Source: Planctomycetota bacterium
GTDB lineage: Bacteria > Planctomycetota > UBA8108 > SXIK01
NCBI GenBank assembly: GCA_965223845.1
Contig: CBDCXR010000004.1
Coordinates: 192,001 to 256,000 of the forward strand
Direction of reading: 5' to 3'
DNA: 64,000 nt
The translations under genes and the position numbers were made by a program. Of this stretch, positions 27,642 to 38,011 are shown piece by piece. The first letter of the stretch is position 1; each line of letters opens with the position of its first letter. A model generated the notes under the pieces. The model searched no databases and was not told the origin of the DNA. It was given only the letters and a program-made list of their open reading frames with translations.

Positions 27642-27978
27642 CGCGTTGCGTCTTCAGGGCGTTCGCGTGTCTCGGGTCGAGGCGTTCGCATCCGCGACAC
27701 GCTGTCGATCGCTCCCCGTGGGACGCATCGACGCGACGGGTGCTCGAAGCGACGGAATTGGTCTTTGTTCCGCCCCGGAACACGCCTTACGATCAGCGTA
27801 CGCGCGCGCGATCTAGCGCGGCGCGTAGAGAGAGTTCGCCCGGAGACGACGGGGACAATCTCGCTGCGAGGCCGGATGGGCCGCGGCGAGGATCGACCGG
27901 GACGCGGTCGCGAACGCACGCCGATGCGGCGCGATCGAGGTCCCACTGGGAAGCAGCCAATAGGGAGATTGCTTCAGT

Positions 27979-28443
27979 ATGGTGACGCATCTCGTTTCTG
28001 TCCTCCGTCCGGGCATGGGGCCCCTCGCGATCGCTTGCGCTCTCGTGGTCGCCGTCGGCGCTGGTTGTCGAACCGTGCCGCCCTCCAATCAGGACCAGGC
28101 GGTAGCCGCCGCCCGCGAGGTCCTCGCGGCCCGCTACCCGATCGTTTCCGCGGGTGAGTCTCAGCTTTTTGCGACGACCGGCGTGGAGGCGTTCGGGACC
28201 GACAAGAGCCGGAAGCAGATCACCGTCTACTTCACCCGCGACTTCACCGGACGAGCCGAGCCGCGCGTGAGCGTCGAACAGCTCGTCGCGGTCAACGAGC
28301 CGGAGCTGGCCCGATCGTCTCACGACGCTCCTGCGAAGCGCGCGATTCCCTTCGAACGGTGGAAGGCGGTCGCGCGACTTCCGCTCGAAGAGCAGGCGAT
28401 CTACGACGAGATCATCGCGCGAGTGGGGAGCGGCGAGATCTGA
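27979..28443 (+). CDS. Hypothetical lipoprotein
   Basis: Hydrophobic leader ending VGAG-C; SD GGGAG; ends 12 nt before the tRNA. Confidence 0.65.
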   Translation: MVTHLVSVLRPGMGPLAIACALVVAVGAGCRTVPPSNQDQAVAAAREVLAARYPIVSAGESQLFATTGVEAFGTDKSRKQITVYFTRDFTGRAEPRVSVEQLVAVNEPELARSSHDAPAKRAIPFERWKAVARLPLEEQAIYDEIIARVGSGEI

Positions 28444-28455
28444 CCAGCGAAGCGT

Positions 28456-28532
28456 GGGCCTATAGCTCAGTTGGTTAGAGCAGGGGTCTCATAAACCCCG
28501 GGTCGCTGGTTCGAGTCCAGCTGGGCCCACCA
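28456..28532 (+). tRNA. tRNA with CAU anticodon, most likely tRNA-Ile2 (lysidine-modified); encoded CCA
   Basis: Acceptor GGGCCTA/TGGGCCC, D arm AGCTCAGTTGGTTAGAGC, anticodon arm GGGGT-CTCATAA-ACCCC, T arm GCTGG-TTCGAGT-CCAGC; paired G1-C72 excludes initiator; C4-G69/C5-G68 fit TilS determinants. Confidence 0.93.
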
Positions 28533-28617
28533 CATTCGCCCTCGGGGCGTTCGCAGCACCGGTTCGCGCCCGAGTTCGTTATTTCCTTGATGGCGATCTC
28601 GGCCCTTCTAAAATGCC

Positions 28618-28660
28618 CGTGGAATCGCGCCTTGGTGCGATCCCACGCGGCGGTTTTTTC
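28618..28660 (+). terminator. Probable terminator after the tRNA
   Basis: CGTGGAATCGCGCC-TT-GGTGCGATCCCACG hairpin, then CGGCGGTTTTTTC. Confidence 0.55.
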
Positions 28661-29153
28661 GCGCTCTCGAGCGCGATCCGTGCCGCTTCTCGTCGAGATC
28701 GCGTCGATCTTTCGACTTCGGTGAGCGACCGAAGTCGACCTCCGAAGGTGGGAGGGCGAGACGCAGTGCGCGGAGGCGCCGAACGGCCGTATCCGAGGCC
28801 GAACGGTGCTCGAGGAAACCGCCGGGGAGCCGGGAGCTTCTGTAGTTTTCGTCGTGTGAACCGCCGCCGACCCTAACGGATGGGTCTAGCGGACGGGCGC
28901 GCGAAAGTCGCAGGAGCTGGGTGATCTCCTTACCTTCTCGATTCCCATCGGTCGCTCTCGGATCGAGCGAGCACGCCGCGCAGCGGGGCGGCTCGACCGG
29001 TTAGAGTGTGCACTCGTCGAGCGCTCGTTGAATGTCGCCGGCCAGATCTCAATGGCCGGATCTCGATGGCCGGGCGATTCGTTCGGCGTTCGCGTCGGCT
29101 ATCCTGTGATGCTCTCGCTCGTCTCGGTCTTTTCTCTTCGTTCGGTGTCGTCT

Positions 29154-29510
29154 ATGAACTCTCTCGCTCTGCGTTGTTTCGCTGCGGGCTCGCGGGGGCG
29201 CGGCTGGCGGACTCTCGCTGCTGCGCTCGCGATTGGAGCCTCGATCATCGGAGCCGGTTGCAGCGATCGCGATCGACGTCTCTCCGAGGGCGAAGCACTC
29301 CGCTACAAGCGCGCGTTGCTCGTCGAGCACGGGGAGAGTGTGTCCTCGGACCAGGTCGAGCAGATCGGACGTTTTTCCGGACGGACGAAGCGGGAGATCG
29401 ATGGCTACTTCGAGCGGCTCCAGCGAGAGCACGAGCGCGAGGTCGAGCGGGATCGAGCGGCTGCGGCGAGTGAGTTGCGCCGCGAGCGGATGCGTCCGGA
29501 CGAGTTGTGA
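29154..29510 (+). CDS. Hypothetical lipoprotein with charged helical C-terminus
   Basis: TLAAALAIGASIIGAG-C lipobox; start uncertain. Confidence 0.55.
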   Translation: MNSLALRCFAAGSRGRGWRTLAAALAIGASIIGAGCSDRDRRLSEGEALRYKRALLVEHGESVSSDQVEQIGRFSGRTKREIDGYFERLQREHEREVERDRAAAASELRRERMRPDEL

Positions 29511-29595
29511 GCTCTGATCGGATTCGCTTGCTTGGACTCCGAGCTGGTCGCGCTGAACAAACGAACCTCAAATCTGCGGAAAGGAATGCGAAGAG

Positions 29596-30771
29596 ATGGC
29601 GAAGATGAAAACTACGTCGAGTCGAGTCGGGACGGAAGCCGCGCGCGCGGCACCGGGAGCGTCCAACGGACGAGGGGCCGACGCGAAAGCTGCCGCTCCG
29701 AAGGCCGAGCGCACGAAGTCGGCGAAGGCGAGCGAGAAGCGCGGGTCGAATGCGGCCGAGAAGATCGAGAAGCAAAAGAATCAGGCGCTCGAGTTCACCC
29801 TCGGGCAGATTCACAAGCGGTGCGGGCAGGGATCGATCATGTATCTCGGCGAAGACTACCGGGCGAACGTCCCGGTGATCTCGACCGGGGTCCTGTCGCT
29901 CGACCGCGCGACCGGGATCGGCGGAGTTCCCCGCGGGCGGATCATGGAGATCTACGGCCCGGAGTCGTCGGGAAAGACGACGCTCACCCTGCACGTGGTC
30001 GCGAACGCCCAGCGCTCGGGCGGGACCGCGGCGTTTATCGACGCGGAGCACGCGCTCGATCCGTCCTACGCAAGGAAGCTCGGCGTCGATCTCGATACTT
30101 TGCTCGTGTCACAGCCCGATTCGGGCGAGCAGGCGCTCGAGATCGCGGAGATGCTGATCACGTCGAACGCGCTCAGCGTCGTCGTCATCGACTCCGTCGC
30201 GGCGCTCGTCCCGCGGGCCGAGCTCGAAGGCGAGATCGGAGACTCGTTTGTCGGGCTCCAGGCTCGCCTGATGTCCCAGGCGATGCGGAAGCTCACCGGG
30301 CTCACGAGCAAGTCGCAGACGGCGCTCATCTTCATCAACCAGATCCGCGAGAAGATCGGCGTCATGTTCGGCAGTCCCGAGACGACGAGCGGCGGACGTG
30401 CGCTCAAGTTCTATTCGTCGATGCGGTTTGACATCCGTCGGATCTCGGCGCTCAAGGACGGCGACAAGGTGCGGGGCAATCGTACGCGCGTGAAGGTCGT
30501 CAAGAACAAGCTCGCGCCGCCGTTTCGCCAGTCGGAGTTCGATATCTTGTTCAATCAGGGTGCGTCGTACTCCGGAGACCTCCTCGATCTCGCGGTCGAG
30601 GACGGCGTGATCAAGCGGAGCGGAACGTGGCACTCCTACGGCGAGGTGCGGCTCGGGCAGGGACGCGATCGGTCGATTCAGTTCCTCGAAGAGAACCGGG
30701 ATCTGATGCGTCAGGTCGAGACGGAGGTGCGGGAGAAGATCGGACTGCCGGAGACCACCGAAGGCGAGTGA
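29596..30771 (+). CDS. recA: Recombinase RecA
   Basis: [53 protein letters not shown]. Confidence 0.99.
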   Translation: MAKMKTTSSRVGTEAARAAPGASNGRGADAKAAAPKAERTKSAKASEKRGSNAAEKIEKQKNQALEFTLGQIHKRCGQGSIMYLGEDYRANVPVISTGVLSLDRATGIGGVPRGRIMEIYGPESSGKTTLTLHVVANAQRSGGTAAFIDAEHALDPSYARKLGVDLDTLLVSQPDSGEQALEIAEMLITSNALSVVVIDSVAALVPRAELEGEIGDSFVGLQARLMSQAMRKLTGLTSKSQTALIFINQIREKIGVMFGSPETTSGGRALKFYSSMRFDIRRISALKDGDKVRGNRTRVKVVKNKLAPPFRQSEFDILFNQGASYSGDLLDLAVEDGVIKRSGTWHSYGEVRLGQGRDRSIQFLEENRDLMRQVETEVREKIGLPETTEGE

Positions 30772-31013
30772 GAGGGCGACGCCGTCCGTCCGCCATCGGG
30801 TCGGAAGGCTACAAGGCGTTCAAGCTCTTACACTTATCGGCTGGGCCGCGCCCGGACGCCGCACCCGACCCGCGCGATGACGGGCGGAGTTGGAGGCGGC
30901 GTCCGAGCGCTTCCGCCCTCGCTGCTCAACGCTGGTCGTGGGGTGGGTGTTCGGGGCCCTCGGACCGGTCCGGCTCGAAACGAGGAGACGAACGTGCCGG
31001 AGCCTCGGTCCGA

Positions 31014-31042
31014 TTGGGCGGCCGGCACGCTTGTGCTACACT
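31014..31042 (+). promoter_or_regulatory. sigma70-like promoter upstream of the giant K/PilX-like gene
   Basis: TTGGGC-17 nt-TACACT with extended -10 TG. Confidence 0.55.
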
Positions 31043-31049
31043 GAAGGCT

Positions 31050-31201
31050 TCTCCTCGGCGGGCGGAAGGTCGGGTCGTTACCCCCAGACTGCGCTCCGGC
31101 TGCCCGTGCGAATCGTGCGCCCGCGGCGGGTCGCAGGAGGGCTCGGCTGGCCGCCCTGCAACAGCCGGGGGGCCGGACGAGTCCTTCTGCTTGTGAGGAG
31201 A
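31050..31201 (+). ncRNA. Candidate structured leader RNA or sRNA (unassigned)
   Basis: TCTCCTCGGCGGGCGGAAGG (31050-69) pairs with CCTTCTGCTTGTGAGGAGA (31183-201); inner stem CTCCGGCTG/CAGCCGGGG encloses small hairpins; begins at the predicted TSS. Confidence 0.45.
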
Positions 31202-31340
31202 TCTCTGCCCGAGGTCCGCCGCCCGAATCGCCGCGGTGGCTCGCGAGGAGAGTCTCGCCTCGAGTCCGCGGAGCCGGGTCTCCGAGAGGCCCTCCGCTAG
31301 TCTTCCGGCCGCCTCGTTCCGACAACTCTGATCGATAGTC

Positions 31341-34300
31341 ATGGAGTATCGCGTGCTGCGCTCGACTACCCACCGCCACCGTCCGCAGCGACACTGCGGG
31401 CGATCGAGGGAGCGGCTCGTCTCTCGCGCGTCCGGCGTGTTCGGGCGTTCTCGATCCGACGGCGCCGTTCTGATCATCGCGCTCGGCGTTCTTACGATCA
31501 TGGCGATCCTCGGAACCGCGTTCGCTCAGCTCATGCGTCTCGAGCGGCGCGCCACCGAGAACTACATCGAGTCGCGGAGCATGGACTTTCTCCTCGACTC
31601 CGCGCTCAACCGCGTCGTCGCACAGCTCCAGGGCTCGAAGAACTTTCGAAGCTATTCCGTCTACCGCGATACGCCGTGGCTCTTTCGGCTGCGAGACGAG
31701 GACACGCTCGGACACGGTCGAGCGGATATCAAGGACCCTCGAGTCAGCAGCTGGGCCATGTTCGCTCGTCGGAGCGGGACGGAGCAGTGGTTCTCGACGA
31801 AAGTCCTCGACTGCACCTCGCAGATCAATCTGAACGGCCGGCAGGACACTCTCGCGCGCATGCTCGAGAACCTGGGCGAGGCGATCAAGCGCAGTGAGCG
31901 CCTGAAGCGCGACGGTAATCCCACCTTCAATCCGCTCTACACTGGGCCGCGCGAAAGCGGAAACCGCGTGACGGGGGCGCAGATCATCCAGCTCCGCCGT
32001 CGTCTCCCTGGCGGGCGCTTCACATCGAAGACGCAGCTGAAGCAGCTCATCGGGCCAGAGAACTATCGGCTGATCCGCGACTTCGTGACCTGCTTCGGGT
32101 GGGAGGATCCCTACACCCAGCGTCCCGATGACGGCAACTTCGAAGTGCCGGAGCTCGTCGGAGGGGGCGGCGCTCTCGGGGGAGCGGGAACCGCAGGGCA
32201 GCGGCAGCCCGCGGCGTCGGACAAGCCGCGGGTCTCGACCGAGCCGCGGTATCCGATCAACGTCAACACGGCGCCGCGAGAAGTTCTCATCGCGACGATC
32301 TGGGGACTCGCGGGGCGACGGGTCTTTCCGTTCTCGTTCATCGGCGGATCCGCGGGTGGTGCCGCGGCGACGATGTCGTCGATCGATGCAAACGCGACGA
32401 TCCTCGGCCAACGACACGCGCTCGGCGAGGAGGAGGTGGGAAGCGTTCTCCCGCGGGCGATTTTCGTCTATTCGCCGCGGTTCGAGTACGCGACCGCGGA
32501 GAAGCTCGCCGACCGCATCATCAGCGAGCGCAAGATCCGTCCGTTCATCGCCTGGCGGACGAACGATGCGGGGAAGCCGGGATTCGAGGACTTCATCGAC
32601 GGTCTCGAACAGAGTTTCTTCCCGCCGTGGCAGAACGCGCTCGTCATCGATCCGGATCAACCGGCCAACCGTCAGATCCGCCGACTCGTCATGTTCGGCT
32701 CGCAGACGAGCCCGGTGACGCGGCGCTGGGTGCGCGGAACGGCGATCGGTTCGGTGCGAAGCATCTACCGCTCGCTCGGTCGCGCGTTCCACGACAGCTA
32801 CGCGTGGTATTACGAGATGATCAAGGCCGTCGTGAAGGCGAACTTCAATCCGAATACCCGCATCAATCGCTACAATCCCAACCAGCCGGCGTTCATCGAG
32901 TCCGACAAGTCCGATCTCGTCTGGGCCCAGGATCAGTTCAACCTCCTTAAGGGTTACACGACCGAGTATTGCTTCGACACGAACGGGTACTACGAGATCT
33001 CGACCGTGGGGCAGATCGGACCGATCGAGGAACGCGTGGGCGGAGGCGGGACGACGGTCGTCTCGGGATCCTCTCGCGCGCGGCGCGGACGGACGGGACT
33101 CGATATGTTGCCGCCGTTCGAACGTCCGTTCGAGCGACAACTGCGCACGGTCGTCCAGGTGTTCAACGTCCTCCGGCACACGAACCAGTTCCATTTCGAG
33201 AAGACGTTTCAGAGCGCCCCGGGCTCGAAGAGCAGCGAGAACAACCGGAACTACGTCGTCACGTGGCCCGATCCGATGGAGGCCCTCACGGAGCTCGTCT
33301 CCGGCGGAAGCGTTCGCGACGGTCGCGTCGAGCTCGCGGGACTTCTCGACGGCCGGCGCCTCGATGGTCAGTACCAGCAGCGACAGCAGCTCTACAACAA
33401 TCCCGTGCTCACGTTCGCCCAGGGCTTCGACGCGCGGAGCGCCCAGTCGCTGTCGCGGATTCGCCGGATCCGGCAGGGGAGAGGAAACGCGCTCGGCGAC
33501 GAGTTCAGCGACGCGGTGAAAGATGCGCTCGACGCTCCGTACAGCCGGCTCGGTCGGACGAAGTTCTACCGGCGCAAGCAGCTCGTCGAGATGTCGGTCT
33601 TCACGAATCCGTCGGCGTCCTACCTCGATCCGTTCGTCAATCGCGAGCAGATCGGGACGGATATTTTCCCCGACGGCTTTCACTCGTCGATCCTGCGATC
33701 GACGCACATCGGTTCTCGCGTGCTCGCGTACCCCGCGCGCCAGCGTCTCGATCAGGGGCGCGAAGAGTCCGCGGCGGTCCGGGTCGGCGCGTCGGGTCTC
33801 GGCTCGCGCGGCCAGAATCTCCTCGGAAACGTTCCCTATTACCGCGGTGGCATCGGCTTCTGGGTGAAGTTCGACTTCGACGGCGACGACCCGGTCTTCT
33901 CGGGACTCGTCGGGTGCACGCAGGTCATCAAGGAAGTGTCACCGAACGCGAGTGATTACACCGGCTCGGAGGGCTCGCAGTTCTTCGTGTTCAAGAACTC
34001 GCGCGGCGAGCTTCGAATCGTGCGGATGTACTACCACCAGGCCTACATCCACTCGACTGGCGGAGGTGGGGGTGGCGGAGAGTCGGGCGAGCCGCTGTAC
34101 CCGGTGGTCGAGGCCAGCGCCGGAGGCACGGCGGACGATCGCAACCCGATCCTCGATTACCTCGATCCCGAGAAGCTGGTCTCGCGGACGGACTTGCTCG
34201 TCAACATCAGCCACTTCCGCGCGCATGAGTGGCACCACATCGGCATCGACTGGGACGATCGGAACCCGCGTCAGGGCCTTCGTCTCTTCCTCGACTTCAC

Positions 34301-35087
34301 CGAGATCAAGCAGGGCGGAGGACCGATCTTCCCGCAGGCGCCGTCGCTCGTGGGATCGGCTTCGACTTGGGTTCGGCTCAATGAGCGGCAGCCGAAGGAC
34401 AGCCTGACGATCGGCGGCATCATCCGCGAGCAGGGCGAGTCGAACTTCGGGATCTTCAAGTGGTTCACGAACACGACGAGCGCCGGCGGAGGCACGGGCG
34501 GCATCACCGCAGTCGCGCGTGAGGTGAAGCGTCTCATGGCGAACGCGACGATCGACGAGTTCGTCGCGTTCGACGGCAAGTTTCCCTCCGTACGGACGTA
34601 CTACGGAAACACGGCGCCGGGGTACTTCACGAACCAGCAGGGAGAGTACGCGAATCTCTTCGAGATCCCGCTCCCGCCGCACGTCGACTCGGTCGTGCTG
34701 CGCTCGCTCGATTGGACCTCGTATTATCCGACGACGTACACGGATTCGACGCCGAACTCGATCCCGGCCCGGGTTCGCCAAACCGACCCGATCCAGTGCG
34801 AGGCGCACTTCATCGCGCCGGGGCGTGGCACCTTGCCCGGGGCGTTCTCCGAGCCGTGGCGGGTGCAGGAGCCCGTCAATCGCATCGCGGGCCGAAAGGC
34901 CGGTCGCCGGCAGTCCGGACTCAAAGGGAACAACGCGCAGCTCGCGTACGTGTTCCGCATGCGAGCCGGTCAGGGATCCACGGGGAACACGTCGGGTGGA
35001 AACGTCGCGACGCCTGTGATCGACGACGTGACCTTGACTTACTTTTTGCCGAATCCGAGAATCCTCCTCCAAGAGGAGATCGAGTAA
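31341..35087 (+). CDS. Giant GspK/PilX-like minor (pseudo)pilin with C-terminal LamG/concanavalin-like domain
   Basis: Basic leader, G|AVLIIALGVLTIMAILGTAF (no Glu5, K/X-type); GspK-like D..SQINLN and PINVNTAPREVL; LamG-like GGIGFWVK, EWHHIGIDW, ANATIDEF. Confidence 0.7.
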   Translation: MEYRVLRSTTHRHRPQRHCGRSRERLVSRASGVFGRSRSDGAVLIIALGVLTIMAILGTAFAQLMRLERRATENYIESRSMDFLLDSALNRVVAQLQGSKNFRSYSVYRDTPWLFRLRDEDTLGHGRADIKDPRVSSWAMFARRSGTEQWFSTKVLDCTSQINLNGRQDTLARMLENLGEAIKRSERLKRDGNPTFNPLYTGPRESGNRVTGAQIIQLRRRLPGGRFTSKTQLKQLIGPENYRLIRDFVTCFGWEDPYTQRPDDGNFEVPELVGGGGALGGAGTAGQRQPAASDKPRVSTEPRYPINVNTAPREVLIATIWGLAGRRVFPFSFIGGSAGGAAATMSSIDANATILGQRHALGEEEVGSVLPRAIFVYSPRFEYATAEKLADRIISERKIRPFIAWRTNDAGKPGFEDFIDGLEQSFFPPWQNALVIDPDQPANRQIRRLVMFGSQTSPVTRRWVRGTAIGSVRSIYRSLGRAFHDSYAWYYEMIKAVVKANFNPNTRINRYNPNQPAFIESDKSDLVWAQDQFNLLKGYTTEYCFDTNGYYEISTVGQIGPIEERVGGGGTTVVSGSSRARRGRTGLDMLPPFERPFERQLRTVVQVFNVLRHTNQFHFEKTFQSAPGSKSSENNRNYVVTWPDPMEALTELVSGGSVRDGRVELAGLLDGRRLDGQYQQRQQLYNNPVLTFAQGFDARSAQSLSRIRRIRQGRGNALGDEFSDAVKDALDAPYSRLGRTKFYRRKQLVEMSVFTNPSASYLDPFVNREQIGTDIFPDGFHSSILRSTHIGSRVLAYPARQRLDQGREESAAVRVGASGLGSRGQNLLGNVPYYRGGIGFWVKFDFDGDDPVFSGLVGCTQVIKEVSPNASDYTGSEGSQFFVFKNSRGELRIVRMYYHQAYIHSTGGGGGGGESGEPLYPVVEASAGGTADDRNPILDYLDPEKLVSRTDLLVNISHFRAHEWHHIGIDWDDRNPRQGLRLFLDFTEIKQGGGPIFPQAPSLVGSASTWVRLNERQPKDSLTIGGIIREQGESNFGIFKWFTNTTSAGGGTGGITAVAREVKRLMANATIDEFVAFDGKFPSVRTYYGNTAPGYFTNQQGEYANLFEIPLPPHVDSVVLRSLDWTSYYPTTYTDSTPNSIPARVRQTDPIQCEAHFIAPGRGTLPGAFSEPWRVQEPVNRIAGRKAGRRQSGLKGNNAQLAYVFRMRAGQGSTGNTSGGNVATPVIDDVTLTYFLPNPRILLQEEIE

Positions 35088-35325
35088 GCCCGGCGTCGCC
35101 ATCGACGCCGAGCCGAAGCGGCAGGAAGGTGCGCCGCCAGTTGGGTTTCGAGCGGTTTCGTCGTGCGAACCGGAGCAGACCCGAGTGCGTGAGCGCCGGC
35201 GGAACGGTTAGAATCCCACTGATGTCAATTCGCTGACGCGAGCGCGTCTTTTGCCGCCGGACTCCTGCGGCGTTAGGGTAAGAAATCGAAGCGAGAACCG
35301 ATCCCAGTTCCACGGAGTCTCGACT

Positions 35326-36483
35326 ATGGTGACCACCGGTTTTTCCCGATCGATCCGCGGCTTGAGCACGCTCGCCGTCATCCTCGCCTTGGCGGCCGTC
35401 CGGACTTCGACCTCGGCGCAGGACAAGGGGGAAGACTACCCGCAGCACGTCGTCCTCAAGGACGTGAAGAGCTCCGTCGGTGCGCGCGGTAAGTCGAGCA
35501 TCGAGTTCGTCGTCGACCTCCACAAAGACATTCCTAGAGGGACGAACATCGAGTTCGTCGTCCGCTATCTCGGTCTCCCGCACGCGACGCATCTCTACGA
35601 ATTGAAGAGCCCGAACCGAAAGAACGTACGCGTCGCGTTCCAACCGAAAGAGCCGCTCGTCCCGGGGCAGTCGTACGAGCTGCGGGTGAGGTTCCCCCCC
35701 GAGAAGCAGAAGAAAGCCGTGCTCTCGCGCATGCTCGCGAAGCGGAGCGTCTTCCCGAAGGGCGGAGATCCGTGGCCCTGGCTCTACCTCGACCAGGCGT
35801 TCGTCGTCGGGACCCCCGCGCAGATCCGCGCGGAGAAGGAGAAGCTGTGCGGCATCTACGGAAAGTTCATCGACCAGCTCATCGATAGCTACGTCGACAT
35901 CAAGAAGAAGCTCGACAAGATGCGGATGGAAAGCGGAGACGAGCTCAACCGGGCGGAGCTTCTCAAGATCTACGAGGCGTGGCAGAAGAATCAGGGCGGG
36001 ATTCAGCAAAAGATCCACGAGTTCCCGCAGAAGAATCTCGCGCTGATTCAAATGAACCAGCAGGCCTATATCTATCTCTCGGACCTCGGACGGATGGTCT
36101 CGAAGGCGGGCTTCGTTATGAAGCAAGACCTCGAGAAGGCCTTCAGCGCCGAGGAAGTGACCGTCAAGAAGCCGCACAAGTTCTTCAGCAAGGGCTACCG
36201 GCCGAAGGTCAATCAGGCTTCGCTCGACGCCAAGCTGGCGAGCATCGAGGACGCCGTGTGTCCGCAGGAAGAACCCCCGCCGGAGGAAGGCGATCCCAAG
36301 GATCCGAAGAACGCGGGGAAGAAGGACCCCAAGAAGAAAGATCCAGCGGCGAAAGACGCGACGAAGAAAGACAGCAAGCCGAGCTCGCCGAAGAAGGGGA
36401 GCGGCGCCTCGACGAAGAAGGACAGCGGGAAGAAATCGTCGTCCGGGGCGAAGAAGAGCTCGAAGAAGGACAACGAGGCCTGA
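35326..36483 (+). CDS. Exported hypothetical protein with Lys/Asp/Ser-rich tail
   Basis: Signal peptide ending TSA-Q; beta-rich N-terminal part, helical middle, low-complexity KKD-rich C-terminus. Confidence 0.75.
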   Translation: MVTTGFSRSIRGLSTLAVILALAAVRTSTSAQDKGEDYPQHVVLKDVKSSVGARGKSSIEFVVDLHKDIPRGTNIEFVVRYLGLPHATHLYELKSPNRKNVRVAFQPKEPLVPGQSYELRVRFPPEKQKKAVLSRMLAKRSVFPKGGDPWPWLYLDQAFVVGTPAQIRAEKEKLCGIYGKFIDQLIDSYVDIKKKLDKMRMESGDELNRAELLKIYEAWQKNQGGIQQKIHEFPQKNLALIQMNQQAYIYLSDLGRMVSKAGFVMKQDLEKAFSAEEVTVKKPHKFFSKGYRPKVNQASLDAKLASIEDAVCPQEEPPPEEGDPKDPKNAGKKDPKKKDPAAKDATKKDSKPSSPKKGSGASTKKDSGKKSSSGAKKSSKKDNEA

Positions 36484-36728
36484 GGGGGCTCACCCCGGTC
36501 CCTTCCCTCCCGAATCTTTCGCGGTGCATCACTACTTCTCTCGAGCGCCGCGGGGGATTCCGCCGCCGCTGCGCCCGCGGGAGTCACTTGCGCCCGCGCG
36601 CCGCCATCGGTCAGATGGCCGCTCGCTCCTCCGCGGTCGCGGAGGGCGAGTTCGTTCGTGGCGTCGACGGCCGAGGCGAGTCTCGGTGATGGTCCGCGCC
36701 GCCTTCACCAGTGTTCGAGGCAGCCCCA

Positions 36729-38003
36729 ATGAGAGTCCTCGTCGTCGGATCGGGCGGACGCGAGCATGCCCTCGTTTCCGCGCTCCGTCGCTCGCCGGAG
36801 CGACCCGAAGTTGTTTGCGCGCCCGGAAACGGCGGGATCGCCGCCGAGGCGGAGCTCGCTCCGTTCAGCGATCTGACGTCGGAGAGTGGGATCGCCAACC
36901 TGGCGGATTTCGCTGCCACCCGAGAGATCGACCTCACCGTGGTCGGCCCGGAGGCACCGCTCGTCGCCGGCCTCGTGGACACGTTCGAGGCGCGGGGACT
37001 TCGGGTATTCGGGCCGTCGGCCGCGGCGGCCCGTCTCGAGGGAAGCAAGTGCTTCGCGAAGGAGTTCCTCGCGCGGCACGCCGTTCCGACGGCGCCCTTT
37101 GAAATCTTCTCCGATGTCGAGACCGCGCTCGCGCACCTCGAATCGCGCGCGGTTCCGGTGGTGGTGAAGGCGGACGGCCTTGCGGCGGGAAAGGGCGTCG
37201 TGGTCGCCCGGACGCGCGAGGAGGCGAAGGAGGCGGCGCGCGCGATGCTCGTCGAAGGCGTGTTCGGGGACGCTGGACGACGGGTCGTGATCGAGGATTG
37301 CCTCGAGGGCTCCGAAATCTCGCTCTTCGCCGTCTGCGACGGGGAGGAGTACGTCCTTCTCGAAACGGCGCAGGACTACAAGCCGATCTTCGACGGCGAT
37401 CGCGGTCCCAACACCGGAGGTATGGGGACGTACTCTCCCTACTACGCCACCGAGCACCCACTCGTTGTCGAAGCGTGCCGGCGCATCATCGAGCCGACGC
37501 TTCGCGGAATGCGAGCGGAGGGGACTCCCTACCGAGGGTTTCTCTACGCGGGGTTGATGCTGACCGACGCGGGGCCCCAGGTGATCGAGTTCAACGTGCG
37601 CTTCGGCGATCCCGAGGCACAGTCGATCTTCCCGCGACTTCGGAGCAGCTTCGTCGAGTTGATCGAGCGCGCGATCGAGGGACGCATCGGCGGTTACCGG
37701 GCCGAGTGGGATCCGTATCACGCGGTCTGCGTGGTGGCGGCATCCGCCGGCTATCCCGGTTCGTACGAGAAGGGCTGCGTGATCGAGGGACTCGAAAACC
37801 CGGGCGACGAAATCGAAATCTATCATGCCGGCACGACGCGGCGTGACGATGGCGCCCTCGTCACGAGCGGCGGAAGAGTGCTCGGTGTGACTGCGCTCGG
37901 CGAATCTCGAGCGCTCGCCCGAGCGTCGGCGTACGCCGCGCTCGAGCGCATTCGCTTCGACGGAATCCAGTTCCGTCGCGACATCGCGGAAGGCGCGCGC
38001 TGA
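36729..38003 (+). CDS. purD: Phosphoribosylamine-glycine ligase
   Basis: [54 protein letters not shown]. Confidence 0.98.
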   Translation: MRVLVVGSGGREHALVSALRRSPERPEVVCAPGNGGIAAEAELAPFSDLTSESGIANLADFAATREIDLTVVGPEAPLVAGLVDTFEARGLRVFGPSAAAARLEGSKCFAKEFLARHAVPTAPFEIFSDVETALAHLESRAVPVVVKADGLAAGKGVVVARTREEAKEAARAMLVEGVFGDAGRRVVIEDCLEGSEISLFAVCDGEEYVLLETAQDYKPIFDGDRGPNTGGMGTYSPYYATEHPLVVEACRRIIEPTLRGMRAEGTPYRGFLYAGLMLTDAGPQVIEFNVRFGDPEAQSIFPRLRSSFVELIERAIEGRIGGYRAEWDPYHAVCVVAASAGYPGSYEKGCVIEGLENPGDEIEIYHAGTTRRDDGALVTSGGRVLGVTALGESRALARASAYAALERIRFDGIQFRRDIAEGAR

Positions 38004-38011
38004 GTCGGACG

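Noticed and set aside
28533-29150. Genomic island integrated at the tRNA
   Set aside because: I saw no integrase, no duplicated tRNA 3' end and no compositional shift.
30834-33707. Long antisense ORFs (also 40331-43180, 20927-22870, 16934-18787 and others)
   Set aside because: They lie opposite well-supported genes and lack motifs; such ORFs are expected in high-GC DNA.
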